Shown piece by piece: positions 10,141-23,187 of a DNA stretch of 64,000 nucleotides (positions within the stretch are counted from its first letter, which is position 1; the number at the start of each line of letters is the position of its first letter). Where the stretch lies: contig CM059430.1 of the NCBI GenBank assembly GCA_030390025.1, positions 62,124,001 through 62,188,000 on the forward strand, in the 5' to 3' direction. The position numbers were made by a program, and so were the translations under genes. Under the pieces are notes generated by a model, which worked only from the letters and a program-made list of their open reading frames with translations, made no database searches and was not told the DNA's origin. The DNA comes from Squalus acanthias (lineage: Eukaryota).

Positions 10141-12066
10141 TCATAATGGGCCGTTGGGTTGTTGGGGCAATGGTGGGGGTGGGAATGGCGAACTCATAGT
10201 TGGAGCCACGGGGCACCCCGGCATCTGGGTCGATGCAAAAGTTTGCATAATACATGACTTTTTCTCCATACATGAACCTAGGGCATCTATTTTACTTTCC
10301 ATTGGATCGGGTGAATGGGACGGACCATATCGCGAGTAATTATTATTATTCCTCCCACATCCAGAGCCTGTCTGTCTAGGACCTCGGCAATCCTTTGCAA
10401 AGTGTCCCACCTTTCCGCAGTTATAATATATCAAGGGTTGCTTACGGGGTGGTGACGATGGGAAGGCCTGGGGTCCCTCAACTACATGCACTGGCGACTC
10501 TGCTGTTGGTACCTGAATCTGAGTTTTAGCGTAGGCGTTAGCATCTATTAAAAGATCTGTCCATTGCGAGTTGGGGCTGACAGTGTGCCCTAAGGCTGCT
10601 CGCAGTGAGGCCTCAATATTCTTCAAGTATATTTTCTTAAATGCTGCCTCATTCTTCCCGTTTAAGACATTATCATTGGGCGTGCCTCCATCATCTTATA
10701 AACAGTGTACAACTGATCCCCGAATGCAGCAGGGGTCTCATGAGACCCTTGTTGAGACTGGTTTAATTTCTGAACCAGATCAATAGTGTCCAAGCCCAGA
10801 GCTGTTTGTATAGTTGTGATTAAGTTATTCAGGAGGTGCCCCACATTAAAGACCATGACCATGACCAAGAGCAGACTGGTCAGTAGTTCTGGGGTTAAGG
10901 CAGACAGTATTAAATTTTTCATGTCACTGTCTTCAAGATTAGGATGGTAATTCCGGAACCCCACTATACGTTGCCTTAGCTCTATGGGGCATGTTCGTGG
11001 GTGAACTGGTCCGAATTGCAGGACACATGCCTATAGTTCTGCATAGTTCAGGGGCTGGGATTGTTCATAAGTACCCGCCCATAGCATTCCTGGGTGGGCT
11101 GCCGCTGGTTCTGCTCCTGCTTGTGCCTGGTCTACTTCAACAGCTGGTGGTGCGTTAGGAGTCACCTGGGTGCGAGTCAGAACATTAACTGGGGCTTTAA
11201 AGGGTGCAGGCTCGTCCACTGAGGTTTTTATGATTTTGTTATCAGCATAGGCTGGGGGCCTCTCAGTCAGATCGATGATGACATACGAAACGGGGGACAT
11301 TTGGGAAGGGTGTAGTAAGGGAGGATATAGTTCTCCTATGAACCCTTGGCATTGTTTATCATAACTCGCGGGGGCTCTACTTCCGTGACTGCCGCTATTG
11401 CAGCCCGTTGTTTACACAGCTGGTTTTCCAACTGTTGTATAGTAATATGACACTGCTTGTGGTTCGACACTCTTTGCGGGTACTGAAGAGCCTCTCTTAG
11501 GTCTCTTCATGAATCATTTAATTGTCTGGTAAGACGGTCATTGTCTTTTGTTAAGGAGGTTACCTGACATCTAGCCTCATCAAGATTCTCAATTGCAGCG
11601 CCAGCGTGAACTGCATTAATACTCTGTTGCTGTATTATTGCGGTCGAAGCACCGACCAGGCACTGACGAACTTCATTTTTACTTTTTAACTGTACAACCT
11701 CTTTTTCCAAGGTTGACTTCTCGCCGGTTAAAGTTTTTGTTATCTCCGTTAACGTTAGATTCTCTTCTATCAGCCGTAGCTTGGCTTTTTCTAATTTATC
11801 TAACTTGGTTTTATTATTCTCCATCTCTGGAAGGGTCTCTTTACTTTCTCTACAGAATCCAATGCCGCATAGGCCATTAGCTGCACTGCACTATCTGACT
11901 TCCATTTCTTCTCCTTAACTTGTTTCTCAATGGAAACAACAACGTCCTCAAAGGATACTCTCTTATCCTTTGTTAGACATGCTACTAGTAACGTCTGTAA
12001 CTGTACATCCTTGCACTTCATCATTAACTTCGTTTTAAAGTCTACAAAAACATTCTCACTCGACAT
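10141..12066 (-). pseudogene. gag: gag (N-terminal coiled coil, Pro-rich region, capsid-like segment, zinc knuckle), frameshifted
   Basis: Consecutive minus-strand ORFs: 11800-12150 (ATG 12066), 11507-11824 (heptads LDKLEKAKLRLIEENLTL), 11031-11300, 10662-10964 and 10141-10626 with YYNCGKVGHFAKDC (first Cys lost). Confidence 0.85.
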
Positions 12067-12195
12067 TCTGCTGTACGTTAAAGAGACCCTAACTTTTAGA
12101 TAACCTAACTTTCCACAAGGGTTTTCATAGAAAAACATAGAAAAATCCAAGCGCCTGCCTTATGCACAATAGGTCTCGTTTCAGTTAATAGTCAG

Positions 12196-12213
12196 GCCCC
12201 ACGTTGGGCACCA
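12196..12213 (-). promoter_or_regulatory. Primer-binding site for tRNA-Lys(CUU)
   Basis: TGGTGCCCAACGTGGGGC versus the canonical Lys1,2 PBS TGGCGCCCAACGTGGGGC (1 mismatch, G:U-compatible). Lies 3 nt from the 5' LTR. Confidence 0.9.
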
Positions 12214-12216
12214 ATC

Positions 12217-12974
12217 TGTAGCTTTTAAAAGCTCCTTATAATAATTTGTCCGGGACTACACAAATCACTCTGGGTGCAGTTATATTGTGTATGAGTAAAA
12301 CAGGTTTATTAAGCATTAAACATCCAGTACAAAGAAGTAATACTTAACAAGAAGATAGTCATAGTTTGTTCATTGAACCCCGGCGTTCCTTCCAAGTGAC
12401 TGTGGTACAGTCTCTTTAACTCTTGCTGTGTTCTGTTGACGGTGGCTTCTTATCCTTTGGTTTTGCGCCGCTTTCAGTGTTCAACAGCAGTTCCTTTATA
12501 CTTTTTTTTCCTTCAAAATACATAGCAATTTTCAGCTGCTTGGGCTATCTCACCATTCTGACCTTCACAAGTAAGGTCTATGATTCCCTCCCCTTTTCTG
12601 CTGTGAGCTTTGAGTATGAGAACTTTTACATCTTTTGCCTTTCCCATAGCCCGTTATCTAGACTGGTCTGAAACTACAGCGATAAAAGATGTTAGGTATT
12701 GAAAACCCTCTATCTTACTTTGAGACTTAATTAATGTTTTTTCCTCTTGTTTCTGTTTTTATTATAACAGAAAATCTACACTACCTCAGCACTATTCTTG
12801 CAGTTAACATAATGTTGGCTTAATTTTGCGATCATGCTTTGGTCTCAGCCATTCGCCATTTTATACAGGATTTTTAGGATTTTAACATACAATTTCACAT
12901 ATTATCGTTATTTACAAATGGTTATAGAAACTTAATAATGTTTACTAAATCCTACAGATACACTCTATCTTACA
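12217..12974 (-). repeat. 5' LTR
   Basis: Direct repeat of 3733-4479, adjacent to the PBS; TATAAA at 12495-12500 and AATAAA at 12305-12310 on the minus strand. Confidence 0.93.
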
Positions 12975-13539
12975 AAGGGATCTGACCAATTTCACTGCAG
13001 TAGCAGTGCAGGATAAAAAAAAATAAAGCGCCAGTATTTAGAAGTACACACCTGCTGTTTGATCTAGATTGTGTATAATGTCGATAGATATAAAGAATGG
13101 ATCTGATATAGCGTCTTCAGGCGAAGCCATTGTACATTCTAGATGTTAAGAAATGTTACAGGGCAAATACGACGTTTAGTTGCGGTTGAATGTGACCTTT
13201 ACGCGTATGCGGCGCTTTGCAGGCTTTTGCAAAGAACAGAGCTAAATTTAAATACTTGAACTGCTGCTGTGTGGAGGTGAATTAATGAGCCACATTCTTC
13301 ATTTAGCTGGAAAACGTGATGCGCTCGTGTCACTATTTCCGAACATGTTAAATTACTGCAAAAACCACACGGTCAAAAGCTTCGCTATTTCCTTACATTT
13401 CATCAGACTACGTGATAAATCGAACATACAGACACTTCACGCTGCTATATCTGAATTGCTTATTATTCCGGAATCGGGTTATTAAATTAATCCTTACCCC
13501 AATTATATATTCTCCAATTTGGAAACAGTTGGCCGATAA

Positions 13540-13845
13540 CCAAAGGTCACGTGCTTGAAATCATTGGCAAAAGAACTAGAGGGTAAATTAGGAGAACTGT
13601 TTTCATACAGAGGTTTGTTAAGATCTGGAATACACTACCGGAAAGACTGGTGGAAGCAGATTCCATATTAAATTTCAAAAGGCAATTGGAGATGTAGTTG
13701 AAGAAGACTAATTTGCAGGGTTATGAGGAAAAAGCTGGGGTGCGGGAGTAAATCGGACAGCTCTTTCAAAGAGCCGGTACAGGCACACCCGGCCGAATGG
13801 CCGCCTTCTGATCTTAAGAGTCTATGATTCCACGATTCTATGATT
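13540..13845 (+). mobile_element. CR1 3' fragment
   Basis: Degenerate CR1 ORF2 end and 3' UTR with (GATTCTAT)-type tail. Confidence 0.75.
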
Positions 13846-14159
13846 ATTATTAGATCTGGAAATCGAATGTAAAATATAACACAATTACAGGTAATGAGTT
13901 CCTTAAAACTTATTACTTTTTTTCGAACTGTGTCACAGCGGAACATTTGGTATTGCAAGTATGAGCATTCTTGAAAACGGCGACAGTCATCCAACCCAGA
14001 GAGTGCGCGAAACTATTTTGCTCACCTTATCGCGTTTAAATTTAGAGTAAAACTGCGCATTCAAACGCGATAGGGGAATACGAGGCAATCAGTTCAGAGT
14101 TCGCTTTCAGTCTAGCGGACGCATTTATAGGTCCAAAATCATACCCGAATTATGTTATT

Positions 14160-16482
14160 TTTTAATTCGTTTATGTGGGCATCGCTCGCAAGGCCAGCAT
14201 TTATTGCCCATCCCTAATTGTCCTTGAGAAGGTGGTGGTGAGCCGCCTTCTTGAACCGCTACAGTCCGTGTGGTGAAGATACTCCCACAGTGCTGTTAGG
14301 TAGGGAGTTCCAGGATTTAGACCCAGCGACGATGAAGGATTGGCGATATACTTCTAAGTCAGGATGCTGTGTGACTTGGAGGGGAACTTGGAGGTGGTGG
14401 TGTTCCCATGCGACTGCTGCCCTTGTCCTTCTAGTTGGAAGTGGTCGCAGGTTTGGGAGGTGCTGCCGAAGAAGCCTTGGTGAGTTGCTGCAGTGCATCA
14501 TGTAGATGGTACACATTGCAGCAACAGTACGCCTGTGGTGGAGGATGTGAATGTTTAAGGTGGTAGATGGGCTATCATTCAAGCGGGATGCTTTGTCCTG
14601 GATGGTGTCGAGCTTCTTGACTGTTGTTGGAGCTGCACTCATCCAGGCAACTGGAAAGTATTCCATCACACTTCTTACTTGTGCCTTGTAGATGGTGGAA
14701 ATCTTTTGCGGAGGTTGGAATGTTTCTGGTCAATGGTGAAACCCCAGGATGTTGATGGTAGGGGATTTGGCGATGGTAATGCCATTGAATGTCAATTGCT
14801 GGAGATAGTCATTGCCTGGCACTTCTGTGGCGTGAATATTACCTGCCACTTAACAGCCCAAGCCTGATCCACGTCCAGGTCTTGTTGCAAGCGAGCATGG
14901 ACTGCTTCATTATGTGAGGATCTGTGAATGGCACTGAGCACTGTGCAATCATCAGCAAACATCGACATTTCCGACCTTATGTTGGAGGGAAATTCAAGCA
15001 GCTGAAAATGGTTGGGCCTAGGACACTGCCATGAGGAACTCCTGCAGCAATGTCCTGGGGCTGTGATGATTGACCTTCAATCTCCACAACCATCTCCCTT
15101 TGTGTTAGGTATGACTCCAGCCAGTGGAGGGATTCCCTACCCCCGCCCAATTACCATTGACTTCAGTTTTACTAGTGCTCCTTGATAAAACACTCAGCCA
15201 AATGATGCCTTGATGTCAAGGGCAAGCACTCTCACTTATCCAATGGAATTCTGCTCCTTTGTCCATGCTTGGACTAAGGCTGTAATGAGATTGGGCGGAA
15301 CCCAAACTGGACATCAGTGAGCAGTTTATTGGTGAGTAAGTGTTGCTTGACAGCACTGTCGATGCCACCTTCCATCAGTTTGCTGATGATTGAGATTAGA
15401 CTGACGGGGTGGTAATTGGTCGGATTGGATTTGGCCTGCTTTTTATGGACAGGACATACCTGGCCAATTTTCCACATTGCCGGATAGATGCCAGTGTTGT
15501 AGTTGTACTGGAACAGCTTGGCTAGATGCGCGGCTAGTTCTGGAACACAAGTCTTCAGCACAATAGCTGGGATGTTGTCAGGGCCCATAGACTTTGCTTT
15601 ATCCAGTGCTCTCAGTCGTTTCTTGATATCACGTGGAGTGAACCGAATTGGCTGAAGACTTGCTTCTGTGATGGTGGGGCACTCAGGAGGAGGCCAATGT
15701 GGATCATCCACTCGGCACTTCTGGCAAACGCTTCAGCCTTGCCTTTTGCACTGACGTGCTGGGCTCCACCATCATTGAGGATGGGGATATTCATGGATCA
15801 TCCTCCTCCCATTAGTTGTTTAATGTTCCACCACCATTCACGACTGGACGTGGCAGGACTGCAGAGCTTTGATCTGAATCATTGATTGTGTGATCGCTTA
15901 GCCCTGTCTATAGCATGCTGCTTTGTTTTTTTGCATGCATGTAGTCCTGTGTTGCAGCTTCCCCAGTTTGGCACCTCATTTTTAGGTACACCTGGTGCTA
16001 GTCCTGGCATGCTCTTCTACACTCCTTATTGAACCACAGTTGGTCTCCAGGCTTGATGGTAATGGTAGAGTGAGGGATATGCCGCACCATGAGTTTACAG
16101 ATTGTCGTGGAATACAATTCTGCTGCTGCTGATGGCCCACAGCACCTCATGGATGCCCAGTTTGGAGCTGCTAGATCTGTTCTGAATCTATTCCATTTAG
16201 CATGGTGGTTGTGCCACACAACACTATGGAGGGTGCCCTTAGTTTGAGGACAGGAATTCATCTCCACAATGACTGTGCGGTGGTCAGTGCTACCAATACT
16301 GTTATGGGCAGATGCATCTGCGACAGGTAGATTGGTGAGGATGAGGCAAATTCGTTTTTCCCTCCTGCTGGTTCTCTCACCGCATGTCGCAGGCCCAGAC
16401 TGGCAGTAATGTGCATCAGAACTCAGTCAGATCGGTCAGTAGTAATGTTACCGAGCCACTCTTGGTGATGGACATTGAAGTC
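14160..16482 (-). mobile_element. Non-LTR retrotransposon (CR1/L2 superclade), decayed ORF2
   Basis: Minus ORFs with KSMGPDNIPAIVLK...WKIGQVCPVHKK...NYHPVSLISIISKLME...QFGFR and the C-terminal LDTIQDKA...HHRRTVA...SWNSLPN. Confidence 0.9.
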
Positions 16483-16790
16483 AGCAAATGAGGAAGTTAA
16501 ATTCAACCTTAGTGGGGGCGCAGAATGGGCGGTGGTAGATCGCCCACCGATTATACACCCTGCACGATTTTCCTTATTGGAGAATCTCAAAATTTACCCC
16601 AGTGACGTATTGGGGTATGCAATCGTCTTGTGCCGCTGTGCGATAGTGAATCGACATTCCGTTTTGCAGTCCACCCGATTATTATTCCATTGAAGTAAAC
16701 GCAAAGGGAAATCGGGCAGAGTGCAAATCGGGCAGCCGTCGTGCTGTCGCCAGTTTATCCGCTACTGCACAAGATGAAATTATAAATTTG

Positions 16791-17566
16791 GCCAAGAATT
16801 TGCTGGCCAAGAATTTGCTGTCTCGATGACGGCGAACTCGCAATGTTTGCCGTCAGTCCGCTTTGAAACTGACCGGAACTTCGGGGTTTGGCGAAGTTGC
16901 GGTCTGTTATTCACAGCTGCAAAACTGGCTGCACTGTGCCCTCCAACCACCCCCCGCCCCCCATTGAGTCGGCAACCCGTGTAATCAGCCAAATCAGGGA
17001 AACTGACGAAAACTTTGTCTGTTTCGCAGTAAGTATGCAGTTAAATTCCCCACTAAAAGTTAGACGTAAAGGGATTAAGTATAACTGAGGGTTTGACAGC
17101 ATTATTAATGCTGAACAAATGACCTGGAAAACTAATTTTAATTTTTGCAGTGTGAAATCGGTCCATTTTAATAAAAATTAAAGTATTAAAGACATTTTAC
17201 AAAAACATTTTTTTAAAATGTTTTTTAAAGTTTGTCCGTCTTTATTTCAGGTTTGCCTTTTCCCCATGTGAGAGCTCCCATCTTTGTTTTGCTGTAGCTA
17301 ACATTTTCTTAAAGTTAGAATTTTAAGAGCTTACTCACTTCCTTGTTCGCTGACTTTGAGAATGCTGCGTTTTGATTGGTTGCTTAGACAGCCTCTTGAC
17401 TTCACAGCAGTTAGCACAAGGGGATCCCCATTAACTTCCGTTGATTTGAATTGAAGCTCGGAAAACTCGAAGTTCTCGACACAGGGATCGCGAGATCTTT
17501 GTGCTAAATATACTTTGGGGCCAGCAGCGAACGCCTTCACTTTGCTGCTGTCCACAAATTAAGGAC
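16791..17566. mobile_element. MITE-like element; short MITE-like pieces adjacent at ~16493-16790
   Basis: Termini GGCCAAGAATTTG / CAAATTAAGGACC, GC-rich ends with an AT-rich core, no coding capacity. Confidence 0.55.
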
Positions 17567-18236
17567 CATTGAGTCCTGACTCTGATTTCTGGCTGCATTT
17601 GCATTGTAACTGCAGCGTCCAAGTCGCTACAATTGCATTATAAATGCAGAATAAGAGGTGAATTTGGATAGTTTGGGCAACAAATTTGGGATGGGAGTCT
17701 AAAGTTATTCCACAGTTCTGGTAAGTGTCCCTTTATTTAGAAGTGGTCTTATGTGAATTTGACTCTATCACCTGGATCTTCTGAAAGCATCACTTGGAGT
17801 GGTTACCAGAAGATGGTTACAGCATAGGAAAACAAAACACAAAATGTTCCATTTTTAATCATACAAATTATTGTTTCGAGTGCATTGTGGTTTCTTTATT
17901 TCAGAGAAATGGCACCACATCTATTTTATTAAACACCAACGGACTCACCGTGGCATTGCTCACTGAATCGGACGTTCTCTAAGAAGGTGTCTAATGGAAG
18001 TTTTGTAGTTTTGTACTTTAAGAATGGAATCGGATTAAGTGGCATTCAGGCAGCCCTGGAATCTGGGAGCTTTCGGAATATCAGAGTTTTAAAATTATTT
18101 GCATGCTGTGTAGCTGTATTTTGAGGATCTCAGAGTCTGACAGCATTGAGAGAGAGCCCAAGTATTCCAGAAACACTAGATAGCATCTGTACAGGGAGTG
18201 GGGGGGGGGGGCGGGGGGGCGGCGGTGGTGGGATAG

Positions 18237-19643
18237 AACATAAGAACATAAGAAATAGGAGCAGAAGTAGGCCATTTGGTGCTGCAAGCCTGCTCCACCA
18301 TTCAATAAGATCATGGTTGATCTTCTACCTCATCTCCACTTTCCTGCAGTATCCCCATATTATTTGATTGCCTTAATATTCAACAATCTATAGATCTCTG
18401 TCTTGAATATACTCAACGACTGAGCCTCCACAGCCCTCTTGGGGTAGAGAATTCCAAAGATTCACCACCCTCTGAGTGAAGAAATTTCTCCTCATCACAG
18501 TCATAAATGGCAGACCACTTATTCTGAGACTGTGACCCCTGGCTCTAGACTCCCCAGCCAGGGGAAACATTCTCCCTGCACCTACCCTGTCAAGCCCTGA
18601 CAGAATTTTCTATGTTTCAGGAGAGCACCTCTCATTCTTCGGAACTCGACAGAATATAGGCCGACTGAACGCAATCTGTCCTCATAGGACAATCCACCCA
18701 TCCCAGGAATCAGTCTGGTGAACCCTCGTTGCACCCCCTCTATGGCAAGTATATCCTTCCTTAGGTAAGAAACCAAAACTGTACACAATACTCCAGCATG
18801 TGGCCTCACCAGGGCCCTATATAATTGTAGTAAGACATGTTTACTCTTCTACTCAAATCCTCTTGAAATAAAGGCCAAAATACCATTTGCTTTCCTAATT
18901 GCTTGCTGTACCTGCATGTTAACTTTCAGTAATTCGTGTACAAGAACACACAGGTCCCTTTGATCACACAGAACCCTCTGAACACCAACATCTCCCAATC
19001 TTTCATCAATTAAAAATACACTGCTTTTCTATTTGTCCTACCAAAGTGGATAACTTAATATTTCTCCACATTATATCCAATTTGCCATTTTCCTGCCCAC
19101 TCACTTAGCCTGTCTATACACACTTGAAGGCTCTTTGCATACTCCTCCCAAATTACATTTCCACCCAGCTTTGTATCATCAGCAAACTTGGATATCGTAC
19201 ATTTGGTCCCCTCAACCAATTCATTGCTTTCGATTCTGAATAGCTGAGGCCCAAGCACTGATCCTTGCGGTACCCCACTAGTCACCGCCTGCCAACCCGA
19301 AAATGACCCGCTAATTCCTACTCTCTGCTTTCTGTCCATTAACCAATCATCAATCCATGCGAGTATATTACCCGCAATCCCATGAGCCCTAATTGTGTTT
19401 AATAACCTCTTGTGTGGCACCTTATCAAACGCCTTCTGAAAATCCAAAAACACCACATCCACTGGTTCTCCCTTATCTATTCTGCTAATTACAGCCTCAA
19501 AAAACTCTAACAGATTTGTCAAACACGATTTCCCTTTCATAAATCTGTGTTGACTCTGCTCAATCGTATTAATATTTTCTACGTGCCCTGTTACCACGTC
19601 CTTAATAATAGATTCTAGCATTTTCCCTAGTACTGATGTCAGG
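18237..19643 (-). mobile_element. CR1 LINE 3' half (RT)
   Basis: LDFQKAFDKVPH, VPQGSVLGP and FADDTK on the minus strand; (AAGAACAT)n tail at ~18237. Confidence 0.92.
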
Positions 19644-19659
19644 AAGTTCAGGAAACCAA

Positions 19660-22600
19660 TACGGGATTCAACAGTTGGGGGATAAGACAGGCTTTTCTGC
19701 AGCCGCAGATGAGATTCAAGGCTAATATGTTGCCTCCCCGGTGCCAGGGTCAAGGATGTCACTGAGCAGCTGCAGGACATTCGTAGGGAGAAGGATGACC
19801 AGCCAGTGGTCGTGGTCGTGGTCCATATCAGTACCAATGACATAGGTAGAAAGAGCGATGAGGTCCTGCAAGCAGATTTTAGGGACCTAGGTAAGAGATT
19901 AATAAACAGGACATCAAAGGTAATCTCCTTATTACTCCTGCTGCCACACAGTAGTGAGTGCAGAAATAGAAGGATAGAGTAGATGAACGTGTGGCAGGCG
20001 AGATTGTGCAGTTTGGAGGGCTTTAGATTCTTGAGGCATTGGGCCCAGTTCTGGCGTGGGTGGGACCTGTACAAGCCAGATGGGTTGCACCTCATCAGGT
20101 TTGGGACCAATATACTTGTGGGTTTCGGTGGTGGGTTGGGGATGTTGCTAATGCTAATGGGGCGGTTTAAACTTGCTTTGCAAAGGGATGAGAACCTGAG
20201 CCTAGATTCAGAATGGAGAGAAGTAAAGTTGGAAATGGCTGGCTGAAAAATAGTAAGTGAGTTTCGAATACAGAGGAAACAAACGCTAAAAAATAGAGAA
20301 CAAGGGATTTCGACCTATTGGTACATACTGCAATGCAAGGAGAGTAGCGAACACTGGAGTTGAGCTGTGGGTACAGTTCGAAGTGGAAGTGGAATTATGG
20401 TATCATAGCTATTCCTGAAACATGGCTTAAAGGAGGGCAGGAATGGCAGCTCAACATTCCTGGTTACAGCGTGTTCAGATGAGATAGAGAGAGGGATAAA
20501 ATAGGAGGGGAGGGTTCGCAATATTGGTTAAACAAACAATTACAGCTGTGAGGAGGGCTAATATTTTGGAAGTATCATTAAATGGGTAGAACTGAAGAAC
20601 AAAGCAGGGGTAATCACACTGCTGGTAGACCCCCAAATAGTCAGAGGGAGATAGAAGAGCAAATGTGTAGGCAAATTTCTGAGAAGTGCAAGAACAATAG
20701 TGCAGTAATAGTAGGTTATTTGAAACACCCTAATATTAACTAGGATAGAATCAATGTAAAAGGTTTGGAGGACGTAGGATTCTTAAAATGCAGTCAGGCG
20801 AAATTTTCTTAGCCAGTACGTAGCAAGCCCAACACGAGTGGAGGCAGTTGTGGACGTAGTTTTAGGGAATGAAGCTGGGCAAGTGGAACGGGTATCAGTG
20901 GGAGAAGATTTTGGTGGTAATGATCATAATTTAGGTAGATTTAGCGCAGTGCTGAAAAAGGACAAAGATAGACCAGGAGTAAGAGTTCTCAATTGGGGAA
21001 ACGCCAATTTTACCATGCTGGGATGTGATTTAGCAAAAGTGGACTGGAAAAAACTACTTCAAGGTAAATCAGTGTCAGAGCAGTGGGAGGCAATCAAGGA
21101 GGAGATAGTGAGAGTTCAGAGCAAAGATGTTCCCTCAAAGATAAAGGGTGGGACGCCCATATCTAGAGACCCCTGGATGTCAAGGGGCATACAGAGTAGG
21201 ATAAGGTCAAAAAGGGAAGCTTTTGTCAGCTCCGAGAGCTCAATACTGCAGAAAGCCTAGAAGAGTGTAGAAAGTGCAGGGGTGAAATTAAAAGCCAAAT
21301 TAGGAAAGCAAAGAGGGCATGAAAAAACATTGGCAAGTAAAATCAAGGAAAATCCAAACATGTTTATTAAATACATAAGGAGCAAGTGGATAATTAAGGA
21401 TAGAGTAGGGCTTATTAAAGACAAAAGAGCTAACCTGTGCGTGGAGGCAGAAAACATGGGTATGGTTCTTAATGAATACTTTGTATCTGTTCTCATAAAA
21501 GGGAGAGACGATGCAGATATTATAATTAAGGAGGAAGAGTGTGAAATATTAGACGTGATAAGCATAGTGAGAGAAGAAATATTAAGGGGTTTAGCATCTT
21601 TGAGAATAGATAAATCGCCAGGCCCGGATGAAATATATCCCAGAATATAAGAGAAGCAAGAGAGGAAATGCGGAGGCTCTGACCATCAATTTCTAATCCT
21701 TTCCGGCTACAGGTGTTGTACTGGTGCACTGGAGCACTGGAGGACTGCTAACATTTCACCGTTGTTTAAAATGGGAGAAAGGAATAGACCGAGAAATTAC
21801 AGATCAGTCCGCCTAACCTCGGTGGTGGGCAAATTATTGGAAAAAATTCAGAGTGACAGTATTAATCATCATTTAGAAAGGCTGGGATTAATCAAGGACA
21901 GTCAGCGTGGATTTGTTAAGAGAAGAAAGTGTCTGACTGACTTGATTGAATTTTTTGAGGAGGTAACACGTAGGAGCGATGAGGTTAGAACATTTGCTGT
22001 AGTCTACATGGATTTTAGCAAGGCTTTCCATAAGGTCCGACATGGCAGAGTGGTCAGAAAAGTAAAAGTCCAGGGATCCAAGGGAAAGTGGCAAGTTGGA
22101 TCCAAAATTGGCTCAGTGGCAGGAAGCAAAGGATAATGGTCGCCAGGTGTTTTTGTGACTGCAAGTCTGTTTCCAGTGCAATTCCACAGGGCTCAGTACT
22201 AGAACAATTGCTTTTTATGGTATATATCCATGATTTAGATTTAAATGTAGGGGGTATGATGAAGAAGTTTGCTGATGATACAAAAATTGGTCGTGCAGTT
22301 GATAGGGAGGAAGAGAGCTGTGTACTTCAGGAGGCTATCAGTGGACTGGTCAGTTGGGCAGAAAAGTGGCAAATGGATTTCAATCCAGAGAAATGTGAGG
22401 TAATGCATTTGGGGAGTGCTAACAAGGCAAGGGAATATAAAATATCTGGTACGATATTGAGAATTGTAGATGAACAGAGGGACCTTGTAGTGCATGTCTA
22501 CAGATCCGTGAAGATAGCAGGAGGGTTAGATAAGGTGGTTAAGATGGCATACGGGATACGTTCCTTTATTAAGAAAGGCATAGAATATAAGAGCAGGGAG

Positions 22601-23187
22601 GTTATGCTCGAACCGAATAAAACAATAGTTATGCCACAACTTGAGTACTGTGTACAGTTCTGGTCACTACGTTACAGGAAAGATGTGAATGCACGAGAGA
22701 GGGTAAAGAAATTTACGAGCATGTCGCCAGGACTGATGAATTGTAGCTATGAGAAAAGATTGGAAAGTCTGGGGTTGTTGTTTTTTCGAACAGAGGAGGC
22801 TGAGGGGAGATTTAATTGAGATATATAAAATTATGAGGGGCCTAGACAGAATGGATAGGAAGGACCTATTTCCCTCAGCAGAGAGGTCAATAACCAGGGG
22901 GCATAGATTTAAAATAATTGTTAGAAGGATTAGAGGGGCGTTGAGGAGAAGTTTGTAAACCCAGAAATGGGTGAGGGTCTGGAACTCATTACATGAAAGG
23001 GTGGAAGAGGCAGAAACCCGCATCGCATTTACAAAGTACTTGAACATGTACTTGAAGTGCCGTAACCTGCAAGGCTACGTACCAAGAGCTGGAAAGTGGA
23101 ATTAGGCTAGATGGCTCCTATTCGGCCGGCTTAGACACGCCGTTTGGCGTCCTTATGTGCCGTACATTTCTTTGATTCCATGATTCT
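19660..23187 (+). mobile_element. CR1 LINE, near full length, decayed (ORF1 esterase part, endonuclease, RT)
   Basis: CCLPGARVKDV and VHISTNDIG (SGNH-like ORF1), KSPGPDEIYPR, YMDFSKAFHKV, PQGSVL, FADDTK, (GATTC)-type tail. Confidence 0.92.

Larger units (their letters stand above)
3733..12974 (-). mobile_element. Endogenous retrovirus-like LTR element, defective (gag-pro, no RT/IN, unknown ORF, env remnant)
   Basis: Two ~750-bp direct repeats TGTA...TACA (3733-4479, 12217-12974), 4-bp TSD AAGG (3729-3732, 12975-12978), tRNA-Lys PBS, PPT, CCHC-type Gag and DTG protease on the minus strand. Confidence 0.93.

Noticed and set aside
19055-20110. 351-aa ORF as a novel RT fusion gene
   Set aside because: It is antisense CR1 ORF1 fortuitously in frame with a different CR1's RT fragment.
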